Positions 1 to 13,973 are shown, counted from the stretch's first letter. The stretch is DNA of 63,929 nt from Akkermansia muciniphila (GCA_963622535.1 CAVFIO010000001.1:8141-72069), one strand, 5' to 3'. Notes: a model not told the origin generated them from the letters alone. Made by a program: numbers and translations.

Positions 1-131
1 AATTAGCCTGCAATTACAAGTAAACAATATTTTACTAACGTGTCTTTTAACTCTTGACACAGATGAAAGCACATAATTTTGCAAGGAAAAAAGTTAGAAT
101 CTTTTTTTGAGAAATTTTTTTGGAGGATAAG

Positions 132-1199
132 ATGATCGATGTTTTCTGTAATGTAATAGACAACTTTGGCGATGCCGGTTTCAGCTTAAGACTGTCAAGA
201 ACACTGTGTGAAACAGGCGAGCATGTACGCCTGTTCTGCAATGACATCGATACTCTTAACACCATTATTTCAAAACAGGATCTGGAAAATAAATTACTAA
301 AAATAAATCCGTGGCCTGATGCCAGGGAATACCTTCCTTCACAAACGGTAATAGAGGCTTTCTCATGTCGCCTAAGCGATCCGTTAACAAGGCTGCTAAA
401 AGAAAAACACAGTCTGGTTATTGAGCTTGATTATTTAACAGCTGAGAAATTTGCCGAAGACTGCCATGGTCTGTCATCATCATCTGATGGACTTAACAGT
501 TACTTTTTCTTTCCGGGATTTACCAAAAAAACCGGCGGGTTGATTTTTGAAGAGGATTTTAAAAATAAGGTGCTATCCCAGAACATGCTTAACGCAGGTA
601 GCAACTCTCTAAAGGCCACTCTTTTTTCATACGAAAATCAGAAAATAAAAGATGTCTTCAACAATTTAAATCAGGGTGACACAAAAGTTGAACTTACCGT
701 TTTTGCAGGCAAGCCTCTTGAAAACATCAACAGGCAGTACCCAGGCTTGAATCTTGAGGTAGGGCAGGGCACAAAGCTGGGCAATATCAACATAAATGCA
801 GTAGCCATGACCGATCAGGCAGGCTATGACGGGATTTTATTAAATTCAGACTTTAATATGATCCGCGGTGAGGAATCAGCAGTACGCGGCATGCTTTGCG
901 GCAAACCTTTTTTATGGCATATCTATCCCCAGGATGAGGATGCTCACATTGTAAAGCTCAATGCACTGTTTGACCGTATGCTAGATGAGCTCCCGTCATC
1001 AATGCATCAGGATATCGAAATCATCAGATCCTTCAATCTGGAATATAACGGTGTAAAAACCAGAACAGAGCTGCCGCCAATCAACAGCTTTATAAAAAGA
1101 TGGCACGAGGTTACTATGGCCTGGGCAGTTCACCTCTTTTCATTAGGCTCTCTTACCGTAAACCTCAAAGAGTTCATAGAAAGTAAAACCAGATCTTAA
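132..1199 (+). CDS. earP: EF-P arginine rhamnosyltransferase EarP
   Basis: N-terminal DVFCNVIDNFGDAG, YFFFPGF..TGGL, RGE(E)S and PFLWHIYPQDEDAH motifs; adjacent to an Arg32-type efp; GGAGG at 122-126 before ATG 132. Confidence 0.93.
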   Translation: MIDVFCNVIDNFGDAGFSLRLSRTLCETGEHVRLFCNDIDTLNTIISKQDLENKLLKINPWPDAREYLPSQTVIEAFSCRLSDPLTRLLKEKHSLVIELDYLTAEKFAEDCHGLSSSSDGLNSYFFFPGFTKKTGGLIFEEDFKNKVLSQNMLNAGSNSLKATLFSYENQKIKDVFNNLNQGDTKVELTVFAGKPLENINRQYPGLNLEVGQGTKLGNININAVAMTDQAGYDGILLNSDFNMIRGEESAVRGMLCGKPFLWHIYPQDEDAHIVKLNALFDRMLDELPSSMHQDIEIIRSFNLEYNGVKTRTELPPINSFIKRWHEVTMAWAVHLFSLGSLTVNLKEFIESKTRS

Positions 1200-1372
1200 A
1201 GAGACTACACGCAGTAGATTAAAGACTCTGCAGGTCCGTACCTTTAAAAAATGGCATAAATTTGCTAAAATAGAATGTTAGCAACTCAGCGGCCTAGGCC
1301 CTGATATACGCAGTAACAGTTACCCGCCTCTTAAATGAGGTGAATGTTTTAGTTAAACAAGGTTTCAAAAAA

Positions 1373-1936
1373 ATGAAGTTAGCACAAGAAGTCCGTGCCG
1401 GCAACGTCATCATGGTTGACGGCAACCCTATGGTCGTTCAGAAGGCTGAGTACAGCAAGTCCGGCCGTAACGCCGCTGTTGTTAAAATGAAGCTCAAGTC
1501 CTTACTTTCCAACGCAGGTACCGAAAAGGTTTACCGTGCTGATGATCGTCTCGATGATGTTGTTCTCGAGCACAAGGACTGCACTTATTCTTATCTGAAT
1601 GATCCTTTCTATGTATTCATGGACGAGGAATACAATCAGTACGACGTCGATAAGGAAAACATGGGCGACGTTCTTAACTACTTAATCGACGGCATGGAAG
1701 ATGTCTGCCAGGTTACCTTCTATAACGGTAAGGCAATCTCTGTTGAGCTTCCTATCAGCATCGTTCGTGAAGTTGAGTACACCGAGCCTGCAGTACGTGG
1801 CGATACCTCCGGCAAGGTTACCAAGCCTGCACGTCTGGCTGGCACCGGTTACGAATTGTCAGTTCCTGATTTCGTTAAGACCGGCGACAAGATCGAAATC
1901 GATACCCGTACCAACGAGTTCAAGAAGCGCGTCTAA
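1373..1936 (+). CDS. efp: Elongation factor P, Arg32 (rhamnosylated) type
   Basis: KSGRNAA loop with R at residue 32 counting from ATG 1373; TEPAVRGDT and IDTRT motifs. Confidence 0.97.
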   Translation: MKLAQEVRAGNVIMVDGNPMVVQKAEYSKSGRNAAVVKMKLKSLLSNAGTEKVYRADDRLDDVVLEHKDCTYSYLNDPFYVFMDEEYNQYDVDKENMGDVLNYLIDGMEDVCQVTFYNGKAISVELPISIVREVEYTEPAVRGDTSGKVTKPARLAGTGYELSVPDFVKTGDKIEIDTRTNEFKKRV

Positions 1937-1958
1937 TATATAGACAGCACTTTAAAAA

Positions 1959-1990
1959 GCCGCGTTGCCACAGGCGACGCGGTTTTTTTT
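1959..1990 (+). terminator. Intrinsic terminator of efp
   Basis: GCCGCGTTGCC-aca-GGCGACGCGGT stem followed by a T run. Confidence 0.85.
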
Positions 1991-1994
1991 ATTC

Positions 1995-2395
1995 AGATAA
2001 GTCCAGGCAATCAAAATCAGTTTTTTTTACGCAAGATCTAAGGCTGTCTTTTGCTAAAATTGCTTGTCAAAAATTGTTAGGAAAGATGTTGAATCATTAG
2101 GGATCAACGGTGGAATAAATGAGCATAAAATAAGTATATATTTTATACTGTTAAAACACACCTGTTTTTCAACTAAGAGTAAACGCTTAACAGAATTGAT
2201 CCCTAAAGAAATATTACAGGCTAATATACTGATAAATAAACAAAAAAATAAGTTTTCGACAACATCGCCCGTACTAATAAAAAAGATAGTAAAAGAATAT
2301 ATAAAGAAATAGATATTTATTCTCTTATCTTATTTAAACTCAAACTTTCCCTGCAGAAATTGGGAAACTCAACTTAGAACAAAACGCGGATTGAA
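1995..2395. other. Probable replication origin oriC
   Basis: AT-rich intergenic region directly upstream of mnmG; degenerate DnaA box TTTTCGACA (2253-2261) followed by GCCC and an A-rich unwinding-like tract; spot counts show C>G before and G>C after this region. Confidence 0.65.
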
Positions 2396-4285
2396 ATGAA
2401 CCAGTTCAGAGAATTTGACGTAATTGTGATCGGCGCCGGCCATGCAGGTATTGAAGCTGCAGCTGCCTCTGCCAGAATGAAATGCAAAACACTGCTTTTA
2501 ACTCATAATCTTGAGACTGTAGGTGAAATGTCCTGCAATCCTGCATTTGGCGGTATAGGCAAGGGCCATTTACTGCGTGAGGTTGATGCCATGGGCGGTG
2601 TATGCCCGGGAGCAATTGACAAAGCAGGCATTCAGTTCAGATCCTTAAATTCCTCAAAGGGACCTGCAGTGAGAGCCACCCGTGCTCAGACTGACAGACA
2701 TCTGTATAAGAAGGTAATGCGTGAGACTCTGTTTAAATATGAAAATCTCACCATCTTTCAGCAGCCATGCACAGGACTTATATATAAAGATAATGTAATT
2801 TCCGGAGTTAAGACTGCAGGTGGAGTTGAGTTCTACTGCAAGGCCGTGGTGATCTGTGCCGGTACCTTCTTAAACGGTCTTATTCATATAGGTCTTGATC
2901 ATTACAGCGGTGGACGGGCAGGAGATCCTGCATCCATCGGACTTGCTGAAAATTTAAAGGAATTAGGTCTTAAGGTCGGACGTCTTAAAACAGGTACGCC
3001 TGCCAGAATTCTGGCTGATACCATTGATTACTCGAAAATGGTCAAGCAGATGCCTGAGTTCCCGCAGCCGGTATTCTCTTTTATGAATACTGACGCAGTT
3101 CATCCACAGCAGGTTCCTTGCTTCATTACCCGTACCAATGAGAAAACTCATGACATTATCAGAAACGGTCTTGACAGATCTCCTTTGTACTCAGGTGTAA
3201 TTCACAGTGTCGGTCCCAGATACTGCCCTTCAATTGAAGATAAGATTGTGCGTTATCCCGAGCGTGATTCTCATCAGATATTTATAGAGCCGGAGGGATT
3301 GACCTCTCCATTGGTATATCCAAACGGTATTTCTACATCACTGCCTTTTGATGTTCAGGAAAACTTTATCCATTCAATTGAAGGTCTGGAAAACTGCGTG
3401 ATCGCACGCCCGGGTTACGCAATCGAGTACGATTTCTATGATCCGCGTGAGCTTAGCGTCTCTATGCAGTCAAAGATTGTTCCAGGTCTTTTCCTTGCAG
3501 GTCAGATAAACGGTACTACCGGCTATGAGGAGGCTGCAGCTCAGGGCATGCTTGCAGGTATCAACGCCGCCCTGTTTGTAACGGGTAAAGCTCCGTGGTT
3601 CCCAAGACGTGATCAGGCTTATGTTGGTGTATTGATGGATGATCTCTGTACCTTAGGTACCAAAGAGCCTTATCGTATGTTTACCTCCCGTGCCGAGCAC
3701 AGACTTATTTTGCGTGAGGATAACGCTGATGAGCGTCTGACTCCTCAGGCAAGAGATTTCGGTCTTATCTCTGATGAACGCTGGCAACGCTTTGAGGAAA
3801 AACAAAAGCAGATTGAGCGTGAGCGTGCCCGTCTTAAGGAGATCTCGGTTAAGCCGTCATCAGATATGGGCAAACGCATAGCCTCTATTTTAAAGGCGGA
3901 AGCTATGACTCAGGAGCAAACCTTAGAGGCTCTGCTGCGCCGTCCAGAGGTTAAATACAACACCCTGATGCAATCTGCAGAGCTTGAGCCCATAGCAACT
4001 GATCCTCAAGCCTCTGAGCAGGTTGAAATTCAGGTTAAATACGAAGGATACCTAAAGCGTGAGCTTGAGGATATCAGGAAAAATCAGAGCAATGAGAGTA
4101 CTCTGCTGCCTTTGAAGTTTGATTACTCTTCAATTCCATCCTTGTCCAAGGAGGTTGCGCAGAAGCTCAATGAATTTAAGCCTGAGACCATAGGAATGGC
4201 TTCCCGTATCTCCGGTGTGACTCCTGCGGCAATTTCAATCCTGCTGGTTCATTTAAAGAAATTAGGCTTATTAGGTACTAACTGA
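2396..4285 (+). CDS. mnmG: tRNA uridine 5-carboxymethylaminomethyl modification enzyme MnmG (GidA)
   Basis: [38 protein letters not shown]. Confidence 0.98.
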   Translation: MNQFREFDVIVIGAGHAGIEAAAASARMKCKTLLLTHNLETVGEMSCNPAFGGIGKGHLLREVDAMGGVCPGAIDKAGIQFRSLNSSKGPAVRATRAQTDRHLYKKVMRETLFKYENLTIFQQPCTGLIYKDNVISGVKTAGGVEFYCKAVVICAGTFLNGLIHIGLDHYSGGRAGDPASIGLAENLKELGLKVGRLKTGTPARILADTIDYSKMVKQMPEFPQPVFSFMNTDAVHPQQVPCFITRTNEKTHDIIRNGLDRSPLYSGVIHSVGPRYCPSIEDKIVRYPERDSHQIFIEPEGLTSPLVYPNGISTSLPFDVQENFIHSIEGLENCVIARPGYAIEYDFYDPRELSVSMQSKIVPGLFLAGQINGTTGYEEAAAQGMLAGINAALFVTGKAPWFPRRDQAYVGVLMDDLCTLGTKEPYRMFTSRAEHRLILREDNADERLTPQARDFGLISDERWQRFEEKQKQIERERARLKEISVKPSSDMGKRIASILKAEAMTQEQTLEALLRRPEVKYNTLMQSAELEPIATDPQASEQVEIQVKYEGYLKRELEDIRKNQSNESTLLPLKFDYSSIPSLSKEVAQKLNEFKPETIGMASRISGVTPAAISILLVHLKKLGLLGTN

Positions 4286-4950
4286 TGGCAGTTAAAACAA
4301 TTCAGGCAAATTCTGCTGATATTTACCAGCGTATTGCAACTCTGTGGAAGGATTCAGAGTGTACGGTTGCATTTGATGAGGAAAAGGCTCAAAAGCTTAC
4401 CGAGCTGGTAATGTTGCTTTGCAAATGGAATCAGGCATTGAACCTTACTGCCATAAGAGATCCTATGGAAATGGTGGTGCTGCATATTCTTGATTCAATG
4501 AGTATTGAGCCTTATATCTTTGGCAAAAATGTAGCTGATGTAGGTACAGGTCCGGGGTTTCCGGGGATCGTGCTTGCAATATTGCATCCTGAGATCCGTT
4601 TCACTCTGATCGATTCTGTTGCCAAAAAGATTTCTTTTGTGAAGAACGCGGTTAATACATTAAAGTTGCAGAATGTCACTGCAGTAAACGGCAGATGTGA
4701 GAGTCTTTCTATAGACGATCCTTTTGAATGCATTGTAAGTCGCGCTTTTGCTCCATTAGAGAGAATTGTCACCTGGTGTCGCGGACTGCTTGCCAAGCAG
4801 GGCAGGTTTGTTGCCATGAAAGGCAACCTGTCAGATGATGAGCGCAAAGATCTTCCTGCAGATGCGGTGATAGAGAAAATAGCAGAGCTTAAGGTTCCCG
4901 GACTTGATGCAAAGAGACAGGCTGTGATCGTAGCTTTGAATGAAGAATAA
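4285..4950 (+). CDS. rsmG: 16S rRNA m7G527 methyltransferase RsmG
   Basis: WN..LNLTAI, HILDS, DVGTGPGFPG, SRAF; translationally coupled to mnmG. Confidence 0.96.
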   Translation: MAVKTIQANSADIYQRIATLWKDSECTVAFDEEKAQKLTELVMLLCKWNQALNLTAIRDPMEMVVLHILDSMSIEPYIFGKNVADVGTGPGFPGIVLAILHPEIRFTLIDSVAKKISFVKNAVNTLKLQNVTAVNGRCESLSIDDPFECIVSRAFAPLERIVTWCRGLLAKQGRFVAMKGNLSDDERKDLPADAVIEKIAELKVPGLDAKRQAVIVALNEE

Positions 4951-4967
4951 TTAGGAAAAAATAAGAA

Positions 4968-5735
4968 ATGGTAAGAATAATAGCGATCGCTAATCAAAAG
5001 GGTGGGGTAGGGAAGACTACTACCTGCGTAAATCTGGCAGCCTCCCTTGCATCAAAGGATAAAAGGGTCTTGGTCATCGACAGTGATCCTCAGGGAAACG
5101 CTACTATGGCGTCAGGGGTTAATAAGTTTGATCTTGAAAAGACCTTATGCAATGTCCTCATCGATCAGATGGATGTCAATGAGGTTCTGGTACAGGAAAC
5201 AACCGGTGCTTTTCATTTGATCCCTTCTAATGAGGATCTTACTACTGCAGAGGTTAAGCTTCTGGATTACTATGGACGTGAGTATCGCCTGAAGAATGCC
5301 CTGAAGAATATTCGCGATAATTACGATTACATTCTGATAGACTGCCCTCCTTCCCTGAATCTTCTGACTGTCAATGCAATGTGCGCCTCTGATTCAATTT
5401 TAGTGCCTCTGCAGTGTGAATATTTTGCTCTGGAGGGCTTAACTCAGCTTATTGATACCGTTGATCAGCTGGCAAATATCGTCAATCCAGATCTTAAGAT
5501 TGAAGGTATATTGCGTACCATGTTTGATAACCGCAACCGTCTGTCTACAGATGTATCAAATGAGCTTAAGAATAACTTTGGCGATCTGGTCTATGAGACT
5601 ATCATTCCAAGAAATGTACGTCTGGCTGAAGCTCCAAGCTTCGGTAAGCCTGCTCTCTACTATGATAAGTCATCAACCGGTACCAAGGCCTATATATCAT
5701 TAGCAGATGAAATTATCAAAAGATCCGAGGCTTGA
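4968..5735 (+). CDS. parA: Chromosome partitioning ATPase ParA/Soj
   Basis: NQKGGVGKTT, DSDPQGN, IDCPPSL, IPRNVRLAEAPS. Confidence 0.96.
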   Translation: MVRIIAIANQKGGVGKTTTCVNLAASLASKDKRVLVIDSDPQGNATMASGVNKFDLEKTLCNVLIDQMDVNEVLVQETTGAFHLIPSNEDLTTAEVKLLDYYGREYRLKNALKNIRDNYDYILIDCPPSLNLLTVNAMCASDSILVPLQCEYFALEGLTQLIDTVDQLANIVNPDLKIEGILRTMFDNRNRLSTDVSNELKNNFGDLVYETIIPRNVRLAEAPSFGKPALYYDKSSTGTKAYISLADEIIKRSEA

Positions 5736-5811
5736 GATAGCTAACAGTAAGTAGGAAATAGAGCCTGTAAAATGCTCTGGTTAAAAGTATCAATTAGGTA
5801 GGTATAAAGTC

Positions 5812-6726
5812 ATGGCTTTAGGTCGCGGTCTGGGATCTCTGTTATCTGAATCAAAAAGGTCAACAGAGAGAAAAATACAAGGCATCAATGAAACAGGCGC
5901 AAAGCAGGAAAAAGTTGCTGTCTCTAAAAATGCTGTGGTTGAGCTTGAAATAGAAAAGTTGCATGCCTCAATTTACCAGCCGCGAAAGGAATTTGATGAG
6001 GAGGCTATAGCTGAGCTTGCATCCTCCATCAAAGAGCATGGTCTTCTGGATCCTCTGATTGTAAAAGAATCAGCAGAGAACCCGTCATGCTATGAAATAG
6101 TCTGTGGTGAGCGTCGCTATCGGGCCTGTAAACTTGCCGGAATTTCTAAAATTCCATGCTTTATCCGCAACATGGCACGTACTGATGCTTATGCCATAGC
6201 GCTGGTTGAGAACATGCAGCGCGAGGATCTCAATCCTCTGGAGCAGGCCAGTGCCTTAGAGCAGATGCTCAATGAGTGCGGTATGAATCAGGAGGAGCTT
6301 GCCAGGACTTTAGGTAAGTCCCGTTCGACGGTGACCAATATTCTTCGCCTGAATAAGCTCATTCCTGAGGTCAAGGAGATGCTGAGCCTTGGAAAAATTG
6401 ATCTGGGACATGCCAAGGTCTTATTAGCACTTGATGGTCCGGTGCAGAAAAATGCCGCTGAAGTGGTGGTAAAAAAGGATCTCTCTGTGCGACAGACTGA
6501 GGAGTTTGTCAAAGCTGTCAAAGAGCAGGACAACGATGAAGGGGATGATGATAAAAAGCCTGTTCCTGAGAAGACTGTATTTATTAAGGATCTTGAGTCT
6601 AAAATCGGGGCAAGATTTGATGGAATTAAGTTTCGGGTGGGGGGCAATGAAAACAAGGGAAGGCTTACCTTGTCGTATTCTAATGCCCAGGAGTTTGCAA
6701 GGCTTAAGGAGCTGCTGGGGCTCTAG
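5812..6726 (+). CDS. parB: Chromosome partitioning protein ParB
   Basis: LGRGL, QPRKEF, GERRYRA, ENMQREDL, HTH region. Confidence 0.96.
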   Translation: MALGRGLGSLLSESKRSTERKIQGINETGAKQEKVAVSKNAVVELEIEKLHASIYQPRKEFDEEAIAELASSIKEHGLLDPLIVKESAENPSCYEIVCGERRYRACKLAGISKIPCFIRNMARTDAYAIALVENMQREDLNPLEQASALEQMLNECGMNQEELARTLGKSRSTVTNILRLNKLIPEVKEMLSLGKIDLGHAKVLLALDGPVQKNAAEVVVKKDLSVRQTEEFVKAVKEQDNDEGDDDKKPVPEKTVFIKDLESKIGARFDGIKFRVGGNENKGRLTLSYSNAQEFARLKELLGL

Positions 6727-6801
6727 TACCTTGTTTGTGCCTTAAAGATTATCTGTCAGCACCGTTTTTCCCGCCTGGGATGGTCCACTATCCCTAAAAC
6801 G

Positions 6802-7227
6802 GTGCAAATGCTTGGTTTGATTAAATCCGATAAAAAAAAGCAGCTAACTATGTTTAAACATTCAGTAAATTTAAAAATGTATGTGTGCATCTATGCCGGA
6901 GCGATATTTATCGGCCAGATGTTTCCTTTTTTTTCGGAAAATAAGGCATGGCTCGCATTTTTGTCTACTATGTCAGCTATTTTTGTTTTTTCTGTATCTA
7001 GTTTAGTGAGCTTTTACTGTGCCCATCGGCATGATAATTGTAAAAATACAGTAAATTCAGTAGTTTATGACGCAATTTATGGAATTGTGTTGAAATACTT
7101 AATACTTGTATTTTTGCTGATATTTTATTTTAAATTTATAAAAATAGCAGAAATAGTATTCATAACAGTGTTTGTATACCTGATAGTGAGTAAAAATTTT
7201 CTTGCATTCAAGCTGTATAACCGCTGA
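6802..7227 (+). CDS. atpI: ATP synthase protein I-like membrane protein (start uncertain, possibly ATG 6850)
   Basis: About four hydrophobic segments, AT-rich, immediately upstream of atpB. Confidence 0.65.
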   Translation: MQMLGLIKSDKKKQLTMFKHSVNLKMYVCIYAGAIFIGQMFPFFSENKAWLAFLSTMSAIFVFSVSSLVSFYCAHRHDNCKNTVNSVVYDAIYGIVLKYLILVFLLIFYFKFIKIAEIVFITVFVYLIVSKNFLAFKLYNR

Positions 7228-7244
7228 TCCAGAGCGTGCACTCT

Positions 7245-7273
7245 TTGACAATATCTAATATTTGCCGTATTTT
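7245..7273 (+). promoter_or_regulatory. Sigma70-like promoter upstream of atpB
   Basis: TTGACA-17 nt-TATTTT. Confidence 0.5.
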
Positions 7274-7355
7274 CGTTAGATATAACAAACTCATGACGAC
7301 GTAACAATTTTGCGAACATGTTGCGTTATCGATTTCAGCTCTATAAAGCTAATAA

Positions 7356-8579
<1,224 letters not shown>

Positions 8580-8615
8580 TTGGCTGATACGATTTTTTAA
8601 GCGGAGCGTTTCACT

Positions 8616-9086
8616 TTGGAAATCAATGCCACTTTTTTAGGACAGGCAGTAGCTTTCCTGATCTTCGCAGTCCTCTGCATGAAATATGTGTGGCCGCCTC
8701 TGATCAATGCCATTGAAAAAAGGCAGAAGGAAATAGCTGACGGTCTTTCTAATGCTGAGAAAGCAAAAAAGAACCTGGAGCTTGCCAACAGCGGTGCTAA
8801 GGAAGCATTGCAGGAGGCAAGAGCACAGGCTCAGAAGATTGTTGACGAAGCTCAGAAACAGCGTTCTGAGATTCTGGATAAGGCTGCTGCTGAGGCTGTT
8901 GCTGAGAAAGCCAGAATTTTAGAGCAGGCCAAAACTGAGATTGAAGCAGAGCGTAACAAGGCTCGTGAGGAGCTGAGATCACAGATCTCCGCCCTTGCTG
9001 TAGCAGGCGCTGCCAAGATCTTAGGTGAAAAGGTCAACGCTACTACCGACAAAGCTGCTTTAGAGCAGATTGGAAATTCTCTTTAA
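8616..9086 (+). CDS. atpF: F0 subunit b (TTG start)
   Basis: [23 protein letters not shown]. Confidence 0.96.
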   Translation: MEINATFLGQAVAFLIFAVLCMKYVWPPLINAIEKRQKEIADGLSNAEKAKKNLELANSGAKEALQEARAQAQKIVDEAQKQRSEILDKAAAEAVAEKARILEQAKTEIEAERNKAREELRSQISALAVAGAAKILGEKVNATTDKAALEQIGNSL

Positions 9087-9102
9087 GATAGGATGATCAG
9101 TA

Positions 9103-9633
9103 ATGGCTGAGAATTTAACTGTTGCCAGACCTTACGCTGAAGCTGTTTTCAGTCTGGCATCAGAAGAAAAATCCTTTGAGAAATGGGAGCATATGCTGAT
9201 GGCTATGAATGAGGCTATCAGTGATCCGTTTTTCCTGGGGTTTTTAAAGAACTCGTCCAGCCCTGATGATGCTTCCAGTTACTTTAATAAGATCCTTGAC
9301 GGTATCGTCGATGATTCCGGCAAGAATTTTATTAAGATTTTAGCTGCTAATTCTAGATTTGAGGTGATCCCTGAGATCTATGAAGAGTATCTAAGACTGA
9401 AAGAAAAGCATGACAAGGTGCTAAAAGTGCGCCTTACTTCAGCTCGTCATTATGCTGCAGCTGATCTCGAAGTTCTTAAGAAGAAGCTTTCAGAAAAATA
9501 TAACTGCACGATTGAACTTGAAAACGATATCGATCCGTCCCTAATCGGCGGAGCCGTTTTGAAGATCGGTGACAAGGTAATCGATGCAAGTGTGAAGACA
9601 AGTTTGGTTAACCTGTCTTTATCCCTCAAATAA
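9103..9633 (+). CDS. atpH: F1 subunit delta
   Basis: TVARPYAEA, DPSLIGG, GDKVIDAS. Confidence 0.95.
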   Translation: MAENLTVARPYAEAVFSLASEEKSFEKWEHMLMAMNEAISDPFFLGFLKNSSSPDDASSYFNKILDGIVDDSGKNFIKILAANSRFEVIPEIYEEYLRLKEKHDKVLKVRLTSARHYAAADLEVLKKKLSEKYNCTIELENDIDPSLIGGAVLKIGDKVIDASVKTSLVNLSLSLK

Positions 9634-9647
9634 CAAGAGGATGAATA

Positions 9648-11195
9648 ATGTCAAATAATTCATCAGCAACTGAAATTGCTGCTCTTATCAAAGATAGGAT
9701 CAAGCAGTTCCAAGTTGTAACAGAGGCTAAGGATGAAGGCACTATCGTTTCTTTAAATGACGGTATTGCCCGTATACATGGTCTTGCTAATGTGATGCAG
9801 GGCGAAATGCTGGATTTCGGCAATGACCTTTATGGTCTGGCATTGAACCTTGAGCGCGATTCAGTAGGCGCCATTGTTCTTGGACCATATACTTCTCTGT
9901 CAGAAGGCATGAAGGTTCACAGCACTGGCCGAATCCTGAACGTACCTGTTGGCAATGCTTTGTTGGGCCGTGTTGTTAACGCCTTAGGTGAGCCTATTGA
10001 TGGCAAGGGACCTGTAGCTTCTGACGGTTACTATCCTGTTGAGAAAATTGCTCCCGGTGTTATTGCCCGTCAGGGCGTTGATCAGCCGATTCAGACCGGT
10101 TATAAAGCCGTTGATTCCATGATCCCTATTGGTCGTGGACAGCGTGAGTTGATCATCGGTGACCGTCAGACCGGTAAGACCGCTCTTGCAATCGACACCA
10201 TTATCAACCAGAAGAAGTATGGTGTACGTTGCATCTACGTGGCAATCGGTCAGAAGGCATCAACCATCGCTGGTGTTGTGAGAAAGCTTCAGGATATGGG
10301 CGCTTTGGACAATACCATTGTCGTGGTTGCATCTGCATCTGATACCGCAGCTTTGCAGTACATTGCTCCTTATGCCGGTTGTGCTATGGGTGAATACTTC
10401 ATGGATCAGGGCGAAGATGCTTTGATCATCTATGATGATCTCTCCAAGCACGCTGTTGCTTATCGTCAGATTTCACTGCTGCTCCGCCGTCCTCCTGGGC
10501 GTGAGGCTTTCCCCGGCGACGTGTTCTATCTGCACTCAAGACTGCTGGAGCGTGCATCACGTGTTAACGCAGAATATCTTGAGAAGAAGTCTTCAGGCAA
10601 GATCGTAGGTAAGACTGGTTCCTTGACTGCTTTGCCTATCATTGAGACTCAGGCAGGCGACGTGTCAGCCTTCATTCCGACCAACGTTATTTCAATTACC
10701 GATGGTCAGATCTTCCTGACTACCTCCCTGTTCAACTCTGGCGTAAGACCTGCTGTTGACCCTGGTATTTCAGTGTCCCGCGTAGGTGGTTCCGCTCAGA
10801 CTAAGATCATCAAGAAGCTCTCCGGTGGTATCCGTACCGCTCTGGCTCAGTACCGTGAGCTGGCAGCTTTCGCTCAGTTCTCCTCAGATCTTGATGAGAG
10901 CACCAGAAAGCAGCTTGATCATGGTCAGAAGGTAACTGAGCTCATGAAGCAGACTCAGTACGCTCCTTTGTCAGTAGCTGAGCAGGCTCTCGTGATCTTC
11001 GCTGCCGAGCGTGGTTATTTAGAAGACGTCGACCTCAAGAAGATTGCCGCTTTCGAGTCAGGTCTGTTAGGCTTTGCCCACAGCAAGTACGAGCAGTTTG
11101 TAGCTGATCTCGATGCTAAACCTGATTACAACGATGATGTAGTCAAGAAACTTGGTGACATCATCACTGAGTTCAAGTCTACTCAGACTTACTAG
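9648..11195 (+). CDS. atpA: F1 subunit alpha
   Basis: [26 protein letters not shown]. Confidence 0.98.
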   Translation: MSNNSSATEIAALIKDRIKQFQVVTEAKDEGTIVSLNDGIARIHGLANVMQGEMLDFGNDLYGLALNLERDSVGAIVLGPYTSLSEGMKVHSTGRILNVPVGNALLGRVVNALGEPIDGKGPVASDGYYPVEKIAPGVIARQGVDQPIQTGYKAVDSMIPIGRGQRELIIGDRQTGKTALAIDTIINQKKYGVRCIYVAIGQKASTIAGVVRKLQDMGALDNTIVVVASASDTAALQYIAPYAGCAMGEYFMDQGEDALIIYDDLSKHAVAYRQISLLLRRPPGREAFPGDVFYLHSRLLERASRVNAEYLEKKSSGKIVGKTGSLTALPIIETQAGDVSAFIPTNVISITDGQIFLTTSLFNSGVRPAVDPGISVSRVGGSAQTKIIKKLSGGIRTALAQYRELAAFAQFSSDLDESTRKQLDHGQKVTELMKQTQYAPLSVAEQALVIFAAERGYLEDVDLKKIAAFESGLLGFAHSKYEQFVADLDAKPDYNDDVVKKLGDIITEFKSTQTY

Positions 11196-11203
11196 GAGCT
11201 GTA

Positions 11204-12070
11204 ATGGCCGGAGCAAAGGAAATACGCACTAAGATCGCCTCGGTGAAAAACACCCAGAAGATCACTAGTGCCATGCAGATGGTAGCTGCTTCCAAAATGC
11301 GCAAGGCTCAGGACAAAATGAGCCAGAGCCGGCCTTATTCTGAAGGTTTGTTGCGCATCATCGGACACATTGCAGCCAGCCATAGTGAGTTTAGACATCC
11401 TTATATGGTTGAGAGACCTGTTAAGAATGTCGGAGTTGTGATTGTTTCTACCGACCGCGGCCTATGCGGTGGTCTTAATATCAACTTATTCCGCAAGATA
11501 ACCCAGCATATTATGGAGTTATCCAAGAAGAATATCGGTGTTAAGGTTGTCCTGTTAGGCTCTAAGGCTGCTAACTACTTCTTAAAATTAAAGGATGTAG
11601 AAGTAGTAGCCTCTCATAGCGGTTTTGGTGATAATCCATCTCCGGAAAAGCTGGTTGGTGCCATCAAGGTAATGACTGATAAGTTCTTAAACGGCGAGGT
11701 TGATCAGGTCATGATCTGCTACAACCAGTTTAAGAATACCATGGTTCAGATCCCGTCAGTACAGCAGTTGCTTCCTCTGAAGAAAACAGAGGATGAGAAG
11801 GTTGCTGCCCACCACTGGGATTATCTGTATGAACCGGATCCTGAGGCCATTTTAGGCGTTGTTCTGGATCGTTACCTGCAACAGATGGTATACCAAAGCA
11901 TTCTGGAGAACTTGGCATCAGAACAGTCAGCTCGAATGGTTGCTATGAAAGCCGCAACTGACAACGCAGAAACGCTGATAAGTGATCTGCAGCTTGTGTA
12001 CAACAAGGCTCGCCAGTCAAGCATCACGATGGAGTTGAATGACATCGTGGCTGGTGCTTCTGCGGTCTAA
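11204..12070 (+). CDS. atpG: F1 subunit gamma
   Basis: [39 protein letters not shown]. Confidence 0.98.
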   Translation: MAGAKEIRTKIASVKNTQKITSAMQMVAASKMRKAQDKMSQSRPYSEGLLRIIGHIAASHSEFRHPYMVERPVKNVGVVIVSTDRGLCGGLNINLFRKITQHIMELSKKNIGVKVVLLGSKAANYFLKLKDVEVVASHSGFGDNPSPEKLVGAIKVMTDKFLNGEVDQVMICYNQFKNTMVQIPSVQQLLPLKKTEDEKVAAHHWDYLYEPDPEAILGVVLDRYLQQMVYQSILENLASEQSARMVAMKAATDNAETLISDLQLVYNKARQSSITMELNDIVAGASAV

Positions 12071-12088
12071 GGTTAATTGAGGAAATAA

Positions 12089-13504
<1,416 letters not shown>

Positions 13505-13521
13505 TCGCAAGGAGTTTGCAT

Positions 13522-13947
13522 ATGGAAACATTTGCATTCCAGCTTGAAGTCACCAGTGCTGACGGAAGCTTATACTCAGGTAAGGTGAAGAGCGTACGCG
13601 TCACCGGTGCCGAGGGTGAGCTTGGTATCAGATATGGGCATACTCCGCTTTTAACAACCATTAAAACCGGTCTGGTTTCTCTGGTTGATGTAAATGACAA
13701 GGAAGATCAGATCTACCTTGCAGGCGGTGTATTGGAGGTTCAGCCTGAGATAACAACCATCTTGGCTGATACCGCCTTAAGAGCTGCTGACATCGATGAA
13801 GCTAAGGCTCAGGAAGCTATGAATGCTGCCAAGGATGCAATTAACAAGCATCAGAGTGGTGATATGGATTACAACACTGCTTTGGCACGTCTTGCTGATG
13901 CTATGGCCCGCCTCAAAGTGGTGGATATTGCAAAAAATAGACGTTAA
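13522..13947 (+). CDS. atpC: F1 subunit epsilon
   Basis: GELGI..GHTPL, GGVLEVQP; AAGGAG before ATG 13522. Confidence 0.95.
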   Translation: METFAFQLEVTSADGSLYSGKVKSVRVTGAEGELGIRYGHTPLLTTIKTGLVSLVDVNDKEDQIYLAGGVLEVQPEITTILADTALRAADIDEAKAQEAMNAAKDAINKHQSGDMDYNTALARLADAMARLKVVDIAKNRR

Positions 13948-13948
13948 G

Positions 13949-13973
13949 AAAAAACCGGGAGCGCTCCCGGTTT
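13949..13973. terminator. Hairpin terminator between convergent atpC and rpoH
   Basis: AAACCGGGAG-cg-CTCCCGGTTT flanked by A and T runs. Confidence 0.75.

Noticed and set aside
762..769. KOPS-like GGGCAGGG octamers (also near 25020, 41208 and 45932)
   Set aside because: Too few were counted, and this one has the same orientation on the other side of the proposed origin, so they give no usable polarity evidence
1252..1266. Sigma54-like TGGCA...TTGC upstream of efp
   Set aside because: GG-to-GC spacing is 9 nt rather than the required 10; TGCTAAAAT fits an extended -10 better
2064..2312. 82-aa ORF upstream of mnmG
   Set aside because: TTG start, K/I-rich composition from AT-rich DNA, and it lies within the probable origin
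4968..6726. parS site near parAB
   Set aside because: No convincing TGTTTCACGTGAAACA-like palindrome found by eye
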